Source: Mytilus edulis (taxonomy: Eukaryota). Taken from it: a DNA stretch of 64,000 nucleotides. Below, piece after piece: positions 15,411 to 29,900 of the stretch. Location: contig NC_092346.1 of assembly GCF_963676685.1 (NCBI RefSeq), positions 88,784,001 to 88,848,000 of the forward strand, given 5' to 3'. The position numbers were made by a program, and so were the translations under genes. The first letter of the stretch is position 1, and the number at the start of each line of letters is the position of its first letter. Below the pieces are notes generated by a model. It was not told the origin of the DNA and did not search any database. It worked only from the letters and a program-made list of their open reading frames with translations.

Positions 15411-16939
15411 AAATGCAATATGTTGTTAAATTGTATTAATATTCCACCACCTGTTTCTGACAAACAAAAAAGTTGCATGATATCTAGGTAAGGAAGATAT
15501 AACTGATCAATACCTTTGATTGTGGTGGTGAATAAAGGGGTGAGATATAAATGTCAAATAAATATAATGAAAAATCAAATTTTGTGTTTTTGTTTCTAAA
15601 TTTGATTGTGTGATCGAGTATACATTTTTGAGGTATTCACTTTTTTAATGTTTTTTTTTATGCTGTATGTTTTGTTATTGTTCTATATCATGGATAATAT
15701 CTACCTGCAAATAAAGTTCCCAAGGGCAACCACAATAATTAGGAAAAATAAAGTCCACAAATCCAACTTTTGAGCAACACAAACTCTGCTGAAACCTAGG
15801 GATGAACTGAGAGGCTCCAAAACAGTTACATGAATGTGGAAATATTTTTTTAAATCAGATGGAAACTCTATCAACTCTGACTGAGAACAAACTGACATAT
15901 TTAGAATATAGCAAAGCACTATCAACCAATGAAATCCATGTTCTTATAAATAATTATCCTATTGTGTACTAAGAGTTCAAAACCAAAAATTTCTATAATT
16001 GAATTATAACTGCCCATAACCACATTGATCTTGTTAACAAGATTTAAAATAAATATAGATGATTAACGCTTACTTAATTTTGAAGAAAGGGATTATCATT
16101 CTCTTATAAATACATATTAAATTTATTTTTAACACTGTCAGTTTAACACTGTTCAATTAATATTTTTATTCATCTAGATCTCTGTCATTCTCTTACCAAA
16201 TCTAATCATATGGAAACAAATTGATAAGAAAACAGTAAAAGCAATTGAAATGATTCTCCATTTCACAATCTCTACCTACCTACCCCCCTTGTCTACATTT
16301 TCATATTAGATTCCTCCAAATTGCATAGCCAAAGTGTCAGGAATATTGTGCAATGAAAAGGAATATGCATTTGAGAGACAAGTTTGACATATGGACTCAA
16401 AAAAGAGAATATTCATCTTTTTTATTGGGAAATAAATGCATATTGATGTATATAAAAAAAAAGACACACAAATGAGGCATGATGTAAAGCACACACAATT
16501 GTTATAATATAAAATCTTGTAAAAACACCATTTGGAAATGACAAAATTTCAAATTCTAAATAGTATAATGACAAAATACTTGCATTTTTCCACGATTGGT
16601 ACACTTTTTATCATTTCTAAAAAGAAATTATGCAATTTTTAAAGTATTTATTGTATAGTGGGAGATACAAGTTTTTTATGGGTTTTTTTTTCATAGAAGA
16701 GATAGGAAATATTTGTGTGCATTGAGAATTTTTACACAAATAACAGGAATATGTTATGATGAAGTATGGGATAAAGTGCTTAGTGGGTGTATATTGACAG
16801 TACGTGTAACATGTTACATTTTAAAATGTACAAATACCAAACAACATATAATATGTATAAACAATTTTCTACAGTTAATGACGATGAATTATAATACTAC
16901 AGATCTATAGATTATAAAACATGCCAATTTTTGTTTTAC

Positions 16940-17148
16940 CGTGGTTTGTTCCTGCTTGGTACACTAGCTGGCCATGTATGGTAAACATTATACACTCCGG
17001 CACTATCCTGAGAAACTGAGTAAATAGGGTAATATGGATAATAACCATAGTAATAATTCTGTTCTGTAGGTGATGTTACAGTTGGGGAAGAAGAACCGGC
17101 CTCTGGTATCCCACTCACACATGAAACACTACTCCGTCCTGGGTGCAT
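16940..17148 (-). CDS. Probable alternative first coding exon (short isoform) of the TSC22-family gene
   Basis: GC-richer non-repetitive ATG-initiated ORF MHPGRSS...YYYGYYPYYPIY...RNKPR. Its stop codon lies within the donor CCA CG|GTAAAA. Length 209 nt = phase 2, the same phase and strand as the long exon. Confidence 0.65.
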
Positions 17149-18873
17149 AGTGGAAGCTGACTAGATTTGTACACTTTCTAATTGAATAAGAACTAAAATT
17201 TATCCACTATCAAGTTCTATACCGGGATGAGTGACAATTATCAAATATTGTCCAACTTGTTAAATCGACTACACATGGCAGAGTTAATCTAGGTCGTTGA
17301 AATGAAAATGACATGATATTACACCACATACGAAAACGTCACTAACCTTGGCAGAGAGATAATCTAAAACAAATCATTCAATGTGACATTTTCACAGAGT
17401 CAAAGTGTTATTCCAAAAGTGTCAACATATATAATCCTGGAACAGCTGATTAAAATCCCTTAATTATCTCATTTCTATATATTACATGTATTAATGCAGA
17501 ATAAATAACAAACAAACATGTTTATTTCTGCTCCAGTTGTTTACAAGTGGTCAGACAGTTTTTCTTCACCTGACTGATAAACATACTGTACACACCTTTA
17601 GGATACATATGAACTTCTTGAAATGAAATTCGGTCTAGGTTATTAAATGTCAATGCTCCATTGGAGTTAAAATTACCTGTGTTAGCATTTACACGGGTTT
17701 AACCTCCAGTTAATGATAAATCTAACCTTTTTTGATATAACATTTATAGTTCATTTTCTACACCATGTTTCAGCTAACAGCAACCCACTAACTTAACAAA
17801 ACCCAAATATGCAAGTGACCATATTTTTCAAGTTCTAAGCTAAATAATTTAAAGTAGGTTTTGATAAAGTCCTGAATGGCCCCTTTTCATTGCTCAAATG
17901 AATGGACAGAAATAGGTCTCTTGAAATGTTCAAAACAACAATTACATTGACCAGAAACATAGTGCATATGTCCCCCAAAATCATGTTTGTTACACCAAAT
18001 CACATATCAATTTGTAAAGCCCTCAGGTCTATATATATGTGTTTTCTTTATATAAGTCCTGAATGTAGTTGAAATCTGTACAATTTGGTCAACTTTCAAC
18101 AAAGTCTTATTTATTTACTATCTCAGGTATAAATGTTAATGCTTCATAAAAAAGCTTGACAAAACTAGTTTGATTCATAACTTTAAATGAACAAGATTAC
18201 TCTATTAACAAGGACTACTAAATACCATCAACACAAAATTCACAATTATTCCAAAAAAATTAACATTTATAAAAAAAAAGTTTTGGTTTATATTCCTTTT
18301 TAAGAAATAACTTCACATATATACTGTTTATTTTGTCAACATGTGTTAGATGGTTTTTATAATTATTTTTTGTTTATGATTTCCGTCACCACCAGGTAAT
18401 GGGTTTTATGGATTATTGCACACTTATTTATTTCTGCTTATAATATAAAATTGAGAATGGAAATTGGGAATGTGTAATACATGGATCAACTGACTGAGTA
18501 TCCCAGTTACCAAGCATAACATTATTTTAAAGCTTGAATTTATTGCAGATGTCTGACATAGATACATTGGATGGCTAATAATTGAAGTCATAATTTAAGG
18601 GTGAGACTAGTAGGTTTAAGGAGGAGGGGGGAGTAGGAAATCCCAAATCCTGAGGTCCCGAAATTTAAAGAAATTTAAATCCTGACATCCCGTAATTCGA
18701 AAAAACAATTCCAGAATTTTAAAAGGATCAATCCTAAAATCTTGAGCTTAAAAACTCCCGATCCCAGGGTCCTTAGATAAAGGTCCTGTAACCTCCCTTT
18801 TAATTCTCCCAGCAGCTACATCTCTGGAACATCTACAGTAGATGTGGAATGACTAATCCTCTGACACACAAAC

Positions 18874-19318
18874 AGGTAGACAAGAGAGACAAACAGAATA
18901 GAGAACTTACAGGATCAGGTAGACAGAGAGACAAACAGAATAAAGAACTTACAGGATCAGGTAGACAGAGAGACAAACAGAATAAAGAACTTACAGGATC
19001 AGGTAGACAGAGAGACAAACAGAATGAAGAACTTACAGGATCAGGTAGACAGAGAGACAAACAGAATAAAGAACTTACAGGATCAGGTAGACAAGAGACA
19101 AACAGAATAAAGAACTTACAGGATCAGGTAGACAGAGAGACAAACAGAATAAAGAACTTGCAGGATCAGGTAGACAGAGAGACAAACAGAATAAAGAACT
19201 TACAGGATCAGGTAGACAGAGAGACAAACAGAATAAAGAACTTACAGGATCAGGTAGACAGAGAGACAAACAGGATCAGGTAGACAGAGAGACAAACAGA
19301 ATAAAGAACTTACAGGAT
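18874..19318. repeat. 42-bp minisatellite (about 10 units)
   Basis: Unit GGTAGACAGAGAGACAAACAGAATAAAGAACTTACAGGATCA. Confidence 0.95.
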
Positions 19319-19832
19319 TGCTACTATTGAATAAACATAAGATTTGGCAGTGGTAATAATACAATTGTATGTGTAATTAATCATTATGCACTAAACATAT
19401 CTATATAATATATAACCTATACTGAAGCCTTGATAAATTTTGTACAATATTTCAAATCAATACAAGTTTACCCTGTGACTAAGAACAAGGTGAGTGCACT
19501 AGACTGACTTCTGTTCAACCTAGATTCAGTATTAGTAGATACTATATAGGTTTATCTACTTGGTCATGCAAACATCAATTAGAGTATGGTCACCTATCCT
19601 TTATTGAATTTTTTTACAGACTTGATTATAAACCCAGTGACAATACTTTAAATGCTTTCTTTCAAAATTTAATAACAGATATACATTTCTTTTAAAGATG
19701 GACTAGCCTTTAACTTACTATTACCTTGTTTCATCAGATTTCTAAATATTGTATTGTAAATTCAGATTTTTTTGTAAAAATTTGAAATTTTACTATGGGA
19801 TTGAAAATATTTATGAATGAAATCACTACATA

Positions 19833-21862
19833 AACTAGTATCTCAATTGTTTGTAAAACAATTGAAAGGTCTTTCCTGTAAAAGTGATGTTTTCGTAATG
19901 TTCTTTGTACGACCTTTCGTTTGATATATGACAAGCATACCTTCTGTAACTTTTTGTTTTTTTACACTTAATGACCTCATCCGCCTACATTTTTGAGATC
20001 GGAAGTATGATATGTGTAACACAGGGTAGATGAGCTTTCATTTGATATGCGACAACGCCATGTTCTAAAAAATTTTATTTTTGCACTTAATAACCCCATC
20101 CAACCAATTTTTGGAGGTTGGGAATTTGATATTTCAAATGTACACATCATGACCTTTCATTTGATATACAACAACCATATAGTAAAAGAAAATATATTTT
20201 TTGCACTCAATGACCCCATCCAACCAATTTTTGGGGGACGTCAATTTGAAATTTGAAATGTACGCTTTATGTTCTTTCATTTGATATGCGACAACCTTAC
20301 CATCTGAGAAATTTGAATGTTTGCACTAAATGACCCCACCCGTCCCCCTGGGATGGAAAGGGGGTTTAAAATTTTCATTTTTTGGTAGAGTTTATTAAGA
20401 CCTTCAATTTGATATATCAGATGACCCCATTTGACAAAATGCAAATAATGATGCAATATCAACTATATAAATAGAAGTTATGAAACTTACAAATTGAAAA
20501 TTTCAAATTGATTTTTTGGTGTTTTTTTTAATGGAATGTTTTTGGTATTTAGTCAAACATATAACTATGTCAACCTCTTCAATTTCCATAACATTTTAAG
20601 TAGTAAGCTGTTGTTGATTCAGAAATACATGCCTCTGCTCGCAAAACTTCAAACTGCATTATCTCTAAAACGACAATAGATATCTCAAATCTGTTAAATG
20701 ATAATTGATCTACAGTTGAATGGCAACATTATAGAAAAAGAATTGGAACAATTTCAAAGTTCACCAAGGTCACAATTAATCATCAAATATATGATGCAAT
20801 ACCAAACTTAAGAACCAGAAGTCGTAGAGACATGGGACTACCACCATTCAACTCAAGACCACTTGACCTTTCAAATATCACAAGGTCAAGGTCATAGTAT
20901 AATGTGAAGGTCAAGGTGAAATTTCATCATGACCTGACATTGACCTCAAATTGAAGGTCTTGAATTACTGATCAGCTTTGCAGTTTATAGTAGGTTGATA
21001 TCTGTTACCATTAAAAAGATATACACAAAATACTATACTTTTAAGAATCATCCCGTTGTAACTTTTGAACAGACAGTCGGACATTTTTGGACTTATCATA
21101 TAAAATGTAGAGCTCGTCGAGAGGAACATTTTATACGCTGTATGTATGCAGCAAAGTCTTATCGTTTTCCTAATATGTAAGCTTGAAATTGCAGCGTAAT
21201 TTTTTTTTGCACTCAGTGACCTTTGACCTTGACTGCATATTAAAGGTCACATGAATTAAAGATTATTGGTGAAGGTCCCAAGTCTCTACGACTTCTGGTT
21301 CTCGAAATACAATTTTTCTAAAATTATGTACCATTTTTCAAGGGGAATAACTCCTTATAAGGGTTAATGACAAAATGATTGTACATGTTCATTAATATTG
21401 CCATCTGTTCTTGTACATGTTGCCGTTTTCAAATCGATTCTATCTCTTATACTTTTTGAGAAAAATGCAAAGGAAAGAAATTGTTTCAAGGGGATATAAC
21501 TCTCATAGGGGACGATGAAATCCTATTCAGCCTCACATGGTAATTCATCATGATGAGATCTACATTGTGTCCAATTAAGGTCATGATATCTTTAAAACCA
21601 ATGAAGGGGGGCCCTGTTGAAAAAAATCAATAAAAGGGAGATAACTCCTAAAGGGGATGATGAAATCCTTAACAGAGTCATTTGATAATACATCTTGGTG
21701 AGTTCTACCGATGGTCCATATTTGGTCTTAATAACTTCAACAGACATCATAAGCGGGCATGTCAAAAAAATGTTGGAAGAAAAAAAAGAAAAAAAAGAAA
21801 AAGAAAAAAAAACATTAGAAAAACAATAAGGTCTTTCCCATGTAGGGGAAAGACCTTAATTA
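19833..21862 (-). mobile_element. HINE family C
   Basis: 5' hairpin TAAGGTCTTTCCC...GGGAAAGACCTTA (21826-21858). Matching subTIR GGAAAGACCTT with stem-loop CAATTGTTT..AAACAATTG and CTAGTT at 19833-19876. Internal repeats of about 120 bp at 19960-20340. Confidence 0.75.
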
Positions 21863-22650
21863 TAAATGAAGTTTTTATAAATGTAAACCTGAAATTGTGT
21901 CCATAGTTCACTGATGCCATACTTGCACTATTATTTTCTATGTTTAGTGGACCGTGAAATTCAACTAGGGGTCAAAACTCTAATTTGACATTAAATAATA
22001 GGGAGCATGTGAACTTGAAAGTTTCAAGTTGATTGGATTTTCCAACTTCATCAAAAAATACCTCGACCAATAACTGTAACCTGAAGTGGATCAGACGACA
22101 AATGGACTGACTGGCGGAGGAATGAACAGATGCAGAAACCGAAAAACATAATGCCCTTTCTTTTGGCATTCAAGACTTACCGACTTACTGTCTATGTGAA
22201 TTTTGGATCAACAATGAGGCCTGACATAAAAATATCAAACTTTTTTTATTTGATGAATCAACAGCACCAGATTGGTTTTAGTTATATGACCTTCCATGAT
22301 TATGAAATTATGACAACACTTCCTAAAAATGCAGAAAATAATTCTAAACATTTGACAAGGGACAGCAGCTGTTTGGAATCTATTGAACGTATCAAAAATC
22401 TGTAAATACATTTGTTAATGATTATGATAAAGGTCTTCTTTAAACTAATTCAATATTTTTCTTTTTCAGTTATTGCAACGAGACAAACATGAGAAGATGT
22501 CACTTACACAGATACCCCAGCCCAAATATATGAATTAAGGTTAAAAAAAAACCTGAGCAAATACTGATTGAAAACGAGTCAATTTTTAACATTTTACCTT
22601 GTCAATTTTGTCCCTTATTAGGAGCATAATGATTAATTCTACATGTGATA

Positions 22651-22858
22651 CTGGGGATTCATTTATTTTCGTCGGTACCAATTTTCGTGGATTAAGGAAA
22701 ACTTACATGTTCTTTGATATTCATTTTCATGGTTTTGCCGAACTCCTCATACAAGCCTATAGAAAAATTGCTATTCTTTGAACATTTAATTTTGTGGTTC
22801 ACCTGTACCAACGAAATTCACGAAAATTGGAATCCAACAAATAAGAATGAATCCACAG
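22651..22858. mobile_element. Tc1/mariner-type MITE
   Basis: TA|CTGGGGATTCATT ... AATGAATCCACAG|TA. Confidence 0.7.
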
Positions 22859-23829
22859 TATTGTGTAAATGTATCAAATAATTTTGGTGAATGATACCTT
22901 ATTGTGATCAGTAAATCTCAACTCAACTTGTAAGTATATTTTGTGGCAATAATGATTTTAAGTCCACTCCAAGGTCAAAGTAGGAATATTAGAAAAGAAA
23001 AAAACAATGTGGTTAATTTCTTTTTATGGCTGTACCCACATTATTTGTTCCACATTCAGCAGGAACTTTTAAGGGATCCAATTGGGCGGCTAAATTATAT
23101 CAAGGGCGGATCCAGCCATATATAAGAGGGGGCTTTCCATGTTAAAAGGGGGGGTTCCTAACTATATGTCCACATTCAAATGCATTGATCGTCAGAAGAA
23201 CAAAAGGGGGAGGTTCCAACCCCTAAAACCTTCCACCTTGATCTGCCACTCCATATGAAACTTTAATACTTTAAAAGGTTTCCCCGTTAATCTTCAATTC
23301 AAGTTTTAATGGCAGTGTCGCACACGTAAAACTGAGAGCTACCCCACAAAATAGTATCCAATATTTTTTTATATCATTTGTATTTTACCATTCATTTCTT
23401 TAGACATACAGATGAAATCTGCTTTTGTAAATTCATTTTTTTTTATAAACATCATACAAATTTCAATGAAAAATAAGAAATGTCATGTACATTATACCTT
23501 ATATATAAACCTGAACATGACTGTATGACTTTGTCAAGGACTAGATTGACCTTCAAGTGCTTGTATTTTTAATTTTGTGACATAAGCATGGGTTAAACAA
23601 AATATCCCAAGGCAGAGGCCAGCTGTATATGTTACCTATGAACATAACAAGGAGCCAAATTATTAATACACTATATTTTTTTTTACCTTTTTCACTCATA
23701 TCTTTATTGTTTTGAAATGCATAATATAACTAGAGGCTCCATTCCTTGACAGAACATATTTGGTGCAAATATACATTTATTAACTTTCACAACAATAAGT
23801 TGCATTGATGATGCAAGCTTGTCCCCTAA

Positions 23830-26800
23830 AGGTTAAACATATATCAGGAGACAAACTGTATCATTGGTGAAGCAAGAAAGGTTAAACTTATCAGGTGACA
23901 AACTGTATCATTGATAGAGCATGAAAGTTAAAACTTATCAGATGACAAACTGTATCATTGGTGAAGCAAGAAAGGTAAAACTTATCAGGAGACAAACTGT
24001 ATCATTGGTGATGCAAGAAAGTTGAACTTATCAGGAGACAAACTGTATCATTGGTGAAGCAAGAAAGGTTAAACTTATCAGGTGACAAACTGTATCATTG
24101 GTGAAGCAAGAAAGGTTAAACTTATCAGGTGACAAACTGTATCATTGATAGAGCAAGAAAGTTAAAACTTATCAGATGACAAACTGTATCATTGGTGAAG
24201 CAAGAAAGGTAACACTTATCAGGAGACAAACTGTATCATTGGTGAAGCAAGAAAGGTAACACTAATCAGAAGACGAACTGTATCATTGGTGAAGCAAGAA
24301 AGGTAAAACTTATCAGAAGACGAACTGTATCATTGGTGAAGCAAGAAAGGTAACACTAATCAGAAGACGAACTGTATCATTGGTGAAGCAAGAAAGGTAA
24401 AACTTATCAGGGGACAAACTGTATCATTGGTGAAGCAAGAAAGGTAACACTAATCAGAAGACGAACTGTATCATTGGTGAAGCAAGAAAGGTAAAACTTA
24501 TCAGAAGACGAACTGTATCATTGGTGAAGCAAGAAAGGTAACACTAATCAGAAGACGAACTGTATCATTGGTGAAGCAAGAAAGGTACAACTTATTAGGA
24601 GACAAACTGTATCATTGGTGCAGCAAGAAAGGTAAAACTTATCAGAAGACGAACTGTATCATTGGTGAAGCAAGAAAGGTAAAACTAATCAGGAGACGAA
24701 CTGTATCATTGGTGAAGCAAGAAAGGTAAAACTTATCAGGAGACAAACTGTATCATTGGTTAAGCAAGAAAGGTTAAACTTATCAGGAGACAAACAGTAT
24801 CATTGGTGAAGCAAGAAAAGTAAAACTAATTAGGAGAAAAACTGTATCATTGGTGAAGCAAGAAAGGTACAACTTATTAGGAGACAAACTGTATCATTGG
24901 TGCAGCAAGAAAGGTAAAACTTATTAGGAGACAAACTGTATCATTGGTGAAGCAAGAAAGGTAAAACTTATTAGGAGACAAACAGTATCATTGGTGAAGC
25001 AAGAAAAGTAAAACTAATTAGGAGAAAAACTGCATCATTGGTGAAGCAAGAAAGGTACAACTTATTAGGAGACAAACTGTATCATTGGTGCAGCAAGAAA
25101 GGTAAAACTTATCAGGAGACAAACTGTATCATTGGTTAAGCAAGAAAGGTTAAACTTATCAGGAGACAAACAGTATCATTGGTGAAGCAAGAAAAGTAAA
25201 ACTAATTAGGAGAAAAACTGTATCATTGGTGAAGCAAGAAAGGTACAACTTATTAGGAGACAAACTGTATCATTGGTGCAGCAAGAAAGGTAAAACTTAT
25301 CAGGAGACAAACTGTATAATTGGTGAAGCAAGAAAGTTAAAACTAATCAGGAGACAAACTGTATCATTGGTGAAGCAAGAAAGGTAAAACTTATCAGGAG
25401 ACAAACTGTATCATGGGTGAAGCAAGAAAGGTAACACTTATCAGGAGACAAACTGTATCATTGGTGATGCAAGAAAGGTACAACTTATTAGGAGACAAAC
25501 TGTATCATTGGTGCATCAAGAAAGGTAAAACTTATCAGGAGACAAACTGTATCATTGGTTAAGCAAGAAAGGTTAAACTTATCAGGAGACAAACAGTATC
25601 ATTGGTGAAGCAAGAAAAGTAAAACTAATTAGGAGAAAAACTGTATCATTGGTGAAGCAAGAAAGGTACAACTTATTAGGAGACAAACTGTATCATTGGT
25701 GCAGCAAGAAAGGTAAAACTTATCAGGAGACAAACTGTATAATTGGTGAAGCAAGAAAGTTAAAACTAATCAGGAGACAAACTGTATCATTGGTGAAGCA
25801 AGAAAGGTAAAACTTATCAGGAGACAAACTGTATCATGGGTGAAGCAAAAAAGGTAACACTTATCAGGAGACAAACTGTATCATTGGTGATGCAAGAAAG
25901 TTGAACTTATCAGGAGACAAACTGTATCATTGGTGAAGCAAGAAAGGTAAAACTTATTAGGAGACAAACAGTATCATTGGTGCAGCAAGAAAGGTAAAAC
26001 TTATTATGAGACAAACTGTATCATTGGTGCAGCAAGAAAGGTAAAACTTATTAGGAGACAAACTGTATCATTGGTGAAGCAAGAAAGGTACAACTTATTA
26101 GGAGACAAACAGTATCATTTGGGCAGCAAGAAAATTAAAACTTATTAGGAGACAAACTGTATCATTGGTGAGGCAAGAAAGGTAAAACTAATCAGGAGAC
26201 AAACTGTATCATTTGGGCAGCAAGAAAATTAAAACTTATTAGGAGACAAACTGTATCATTAGTGAAGCAAGAAAGATAAAACTAATCAGGAGACAAACTG
26301 TATCATTGGTGAAGCAAGAAAGGTAAAACTTATTAGGAGACAAACTGTATAATTGGTGAAGCAAGAAAGTTAAAACTAATCAGGAGACAAACTGTATCAT
26401 TGGTGAAGCAAGAAAGGTTAAACTTATCAGGAGACAAACTGTATCATTAGTGAAGCAAGAAAGGTAAAACTTATCAGGAGACAAACTGTATCATTGGTGA
26501 TGCAAGAAAGTTAAAACTTATTAGGAGACAAACTGTATAATTGGTGAAGCAAGAAAGTTAAAACTTATTAGGAGACAAACTGTATCATTAGTGAAGCAAG
26601 AAAGATAAAACTAATCAGGAGACAAACTGTATCATTGGTGAAGCAAGAAAGGTAAAACTTATTAGGAGACAAACTGTATAATTGGTGAAGCAAGAAAGTT
26701 AAAACTAATCAGGAGACAAACTGTATCATTGGTGAAGCAAGAAAGGTAAAACTTATTAGGAGACAAACTGTATAATTGGTGAAGCAAGAAAGTTAAAACT

Positions 26801-26958
26801 AATCAGGAGACAAACTGTATCATTGGTGAAGCAAGAAAGTTAAAACTAATCAGGAGACAAACTGTATCATTGGTGAAGCAAGAAAGGTTAAACTTATCAG
26901 GAGACAAACTGTATCATTAGTGAAGCAAGAAAGGTAAAACTAATCAAGAGACAAACTG
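23830..26958. repeat. 47-bp minisatellite (about 66 units)
   Basis: Unit TATCAGGAGACAAACTGTATCATTGGTGAAGCAAGAAAGGTAAAACT. Confidence 0.95.
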
Positions 26959-29900
26959 AATATCAAATACCAGCTGGTGCATGGAGTTCCTGTACAGTCT
27001 GCAATTTTTTGTAGATGAGCAGAGGGAAATTCAATCAATTACTGTTCTATTTCTAGTGGTCATATTGATTAAGCAAATTTTTTGGAAACAAATTGTTAGA
27101 TACCCATATATACAATCAGTAAATTAACCCATACAATTATCTTAACCAATAATATGATCACTAACTAAGATCAGTTGGGTTGAAAAAAGTCCAGTCATGC
27201 TAGTCACTGGTTTCTGACAATGTTTATGACAAATAGCTGATGATGTATGTCAAGTGATGGCAAAAGATCACATGGTCCACTTGGGCACTGATTGGCTAAA
27301 AAAAGTCATGTTTTAATTTATTTGATTTGTTTTCTGTGTGAAAATCTGCAAGAAAATAAACAACACCCAAAAAAGCATGGTTTTGATGAGATATTATTCC
27401 AATTTGAAATGTACAAGTAAAGAAACTTTCAGTTTGAATTTGTAAGATGTCATATTATTACTCAATTGTTGCCATGGCATTTTTGTGGCAAAATCATTCA
27501 TGATGCTTAATTAACTTTTGTGAAAATCTTATTTTCTCTTAAATTTATACATTTTTACAGCTCTATAGTATACTTTTTCCTTTTGTAATACATTTAAATA
27601 GGAATAACAATATTGCAGTGGAAAGGTTGCCCCAACAATTTGAGATTTGACGGTCGCAAATATCTGTTTTACTGTCTCAGCTACCCCTTACCAGTAAAAA
27701 GACAGTTGCCTGTGTCAAATCCATAATTGACTGTGTCAACTCTTCCAACTGCAGAACTGCTATACATGTACCTTAAAAAACATAATAAACCAAAGACACA
27801 TAAAGTTATCTAGATGTCACCAGTATTCAACATATAAAAAAATGTAAATACAATATGTAAAGCTATATATACCTATTTCATGTTAAGTCTACTTTAACCA
27901 AATGATATATTCTAGCATGCAGATGAAACAATACAGTAGCCATAATGAATGTTCATACAAGAAACCAATGGAGTTTCCCCCCAAAAATGCACATTTTGGT
28001 CACCTACTTCCACTAGATATTTTAAGTTTATATAACAGATAATAAAAAAAGCTGCAAAGCATCTTTCATATTTTTGGTTCAACAATAAATGAAGCTAGTC
28101 AGAATAGCTATGATCTATATGATGAGTTAACTCTTAGAAACTTTCTTAAAATCTATCGCGCCATAAGCTTAGTATAAAAAAAGAAGTATAGAAGCAGGCA
28201 TACATATACATATATCTGTAAGCACTATATAAATGGATACTGGAATAGAAGAATCAAGTTCATGGCAGGTGGAATGATTCAACATCACAGTTTAATTCCT
28301 TTAACTTATTGAAAACTGCAGCTACTCTGTATGTATTATACTTTTCCTTATCTATTATATATATAAAAAAAATCCAATTTTAAGGGTCCTGACAAAGACA
28401 ACAATTATTAGAGAGGAATTATGGAGTACAATGGATATGAAAACACAGTATAATATGCATGCTTAGGGCTCATGTAACAAGGTCAGACTAAATGTCATGG
28501 AGCTCTGATTGGGTGCACGTGATTCATAGTAAGTTTAAGACAAATAATGCATACATTTTTGTACGTTGCCATTATTTGTAAGAATAGTCAAACCTATTTA
28601 AAAGACCACCTGTATTAAGTAAAAGACCATTAATTTTAGATCCCGCTGTAGTGCATTTAATACACATCAAACATTTATTATATGAAAACACATCACTCAA
28701 TATAATTATAAAGATAAGAAGATGTGGTATGATTGTCAATGAGACAATTCTTGACAAGAGACCAAATAACTGAAGAATTAACAACAACATTGGTCACTAT
28801 ATACATGTAATATAGCCTGCATTCTCTCGTAAAGCTTGATACAAAATTTCATGGGACAGACAGGGTAAAACAGTATACATCCTCTTTTAAAGCGGGATTA
28901 TAATAAATGTTACAAAAAAGATCAACTCAGAAACATTCATGACTTTTTAACAATTTTAAAAGTATACAAAATCCCTTTTATGTCCCAAAGTCGACATCAA
29001 TAATACATTTTCAAGTAACTTTATTTGTCATGTTTGTTACATCCTCATTTTTTGGTGGATAGTTACATTATGTATTTTGTTTAAGTTTTCTCGTTGGCAA
29101 TCTTACCATAAAACCATGAGCATACATGACTAATAGTTTTCAGGATTAACAAATCAAAACTATTAATTACCATCAACATTTTGATAAAACTGTTGGGTCT
29201 ACAAATATTAACCCCTATAACACCTATATATAGCTATCAAGTGCTGCCCACTGCATATAAATGGAAAACACTGATATAAAATAATTGACAATAATGGAAG
29301 GGCCATCTTATATATATACCACACTTACATTGATTTATATTAAAAACTACTTGTACATTATCTAAAATTAGTCATTCAAATATTTTACCTACTAAACAAA
29401 ATAGACTAAATTAGTACACTGCAGCACTATTAAACAAGGAAAAACTGGTGAATCTAAAGGAAGGTAAAAATGAGTATTAATGCAAAAGGTGACAAAATAA
29501 AGTGAAACTGATATGTCTCTCCAAAGCTTGTAGCTACATATTTTTTTACAGAAAAACTTCCTTTTGAAGCCTACCTTATACACTAAGATTAATTTACCAT
29601 GACAACTTTAACAATTTTATATGGTATGAATTTTCAATTGATCAAAAATATCAAACCATGCATGTGGCAATCTGCACCAAAATCTTTTCCAAATACTTGT
29701 TTATAACTACATGTACATTGTACTAGTACTGACCCGAAGACCAATATTCCAACTTTTTTTTTATGTGTCTAAAACAAAGTTTTGTAAATACTTACTAGTT
29801 TGAATAAAATTGGACTAGTGAGTGGCATCAGATTAGTGGCTAACAGTGCAGACTGCATGATGCAAGTAAAAATTTGTATGTATTAATAAGGAATATTGGT

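Noticed and set aside
1-16900. TSC-box/leucine-zipper exons (AIDNKIEQAMDLVK...)
   Set aside because: Not found by eye on the minus strand. They are presumed to lie outside the window, although a very short exon could have been missed.
18849-19283. 144-aa charged repeat ORF
   Set aside because: Minisatellite translation that switches frame mid-array.
23830-26958. CRISPR-like array
   Set aside because: Contiguous tandem units without unique spacers, in a eukaryotic intron, with no cas genes.
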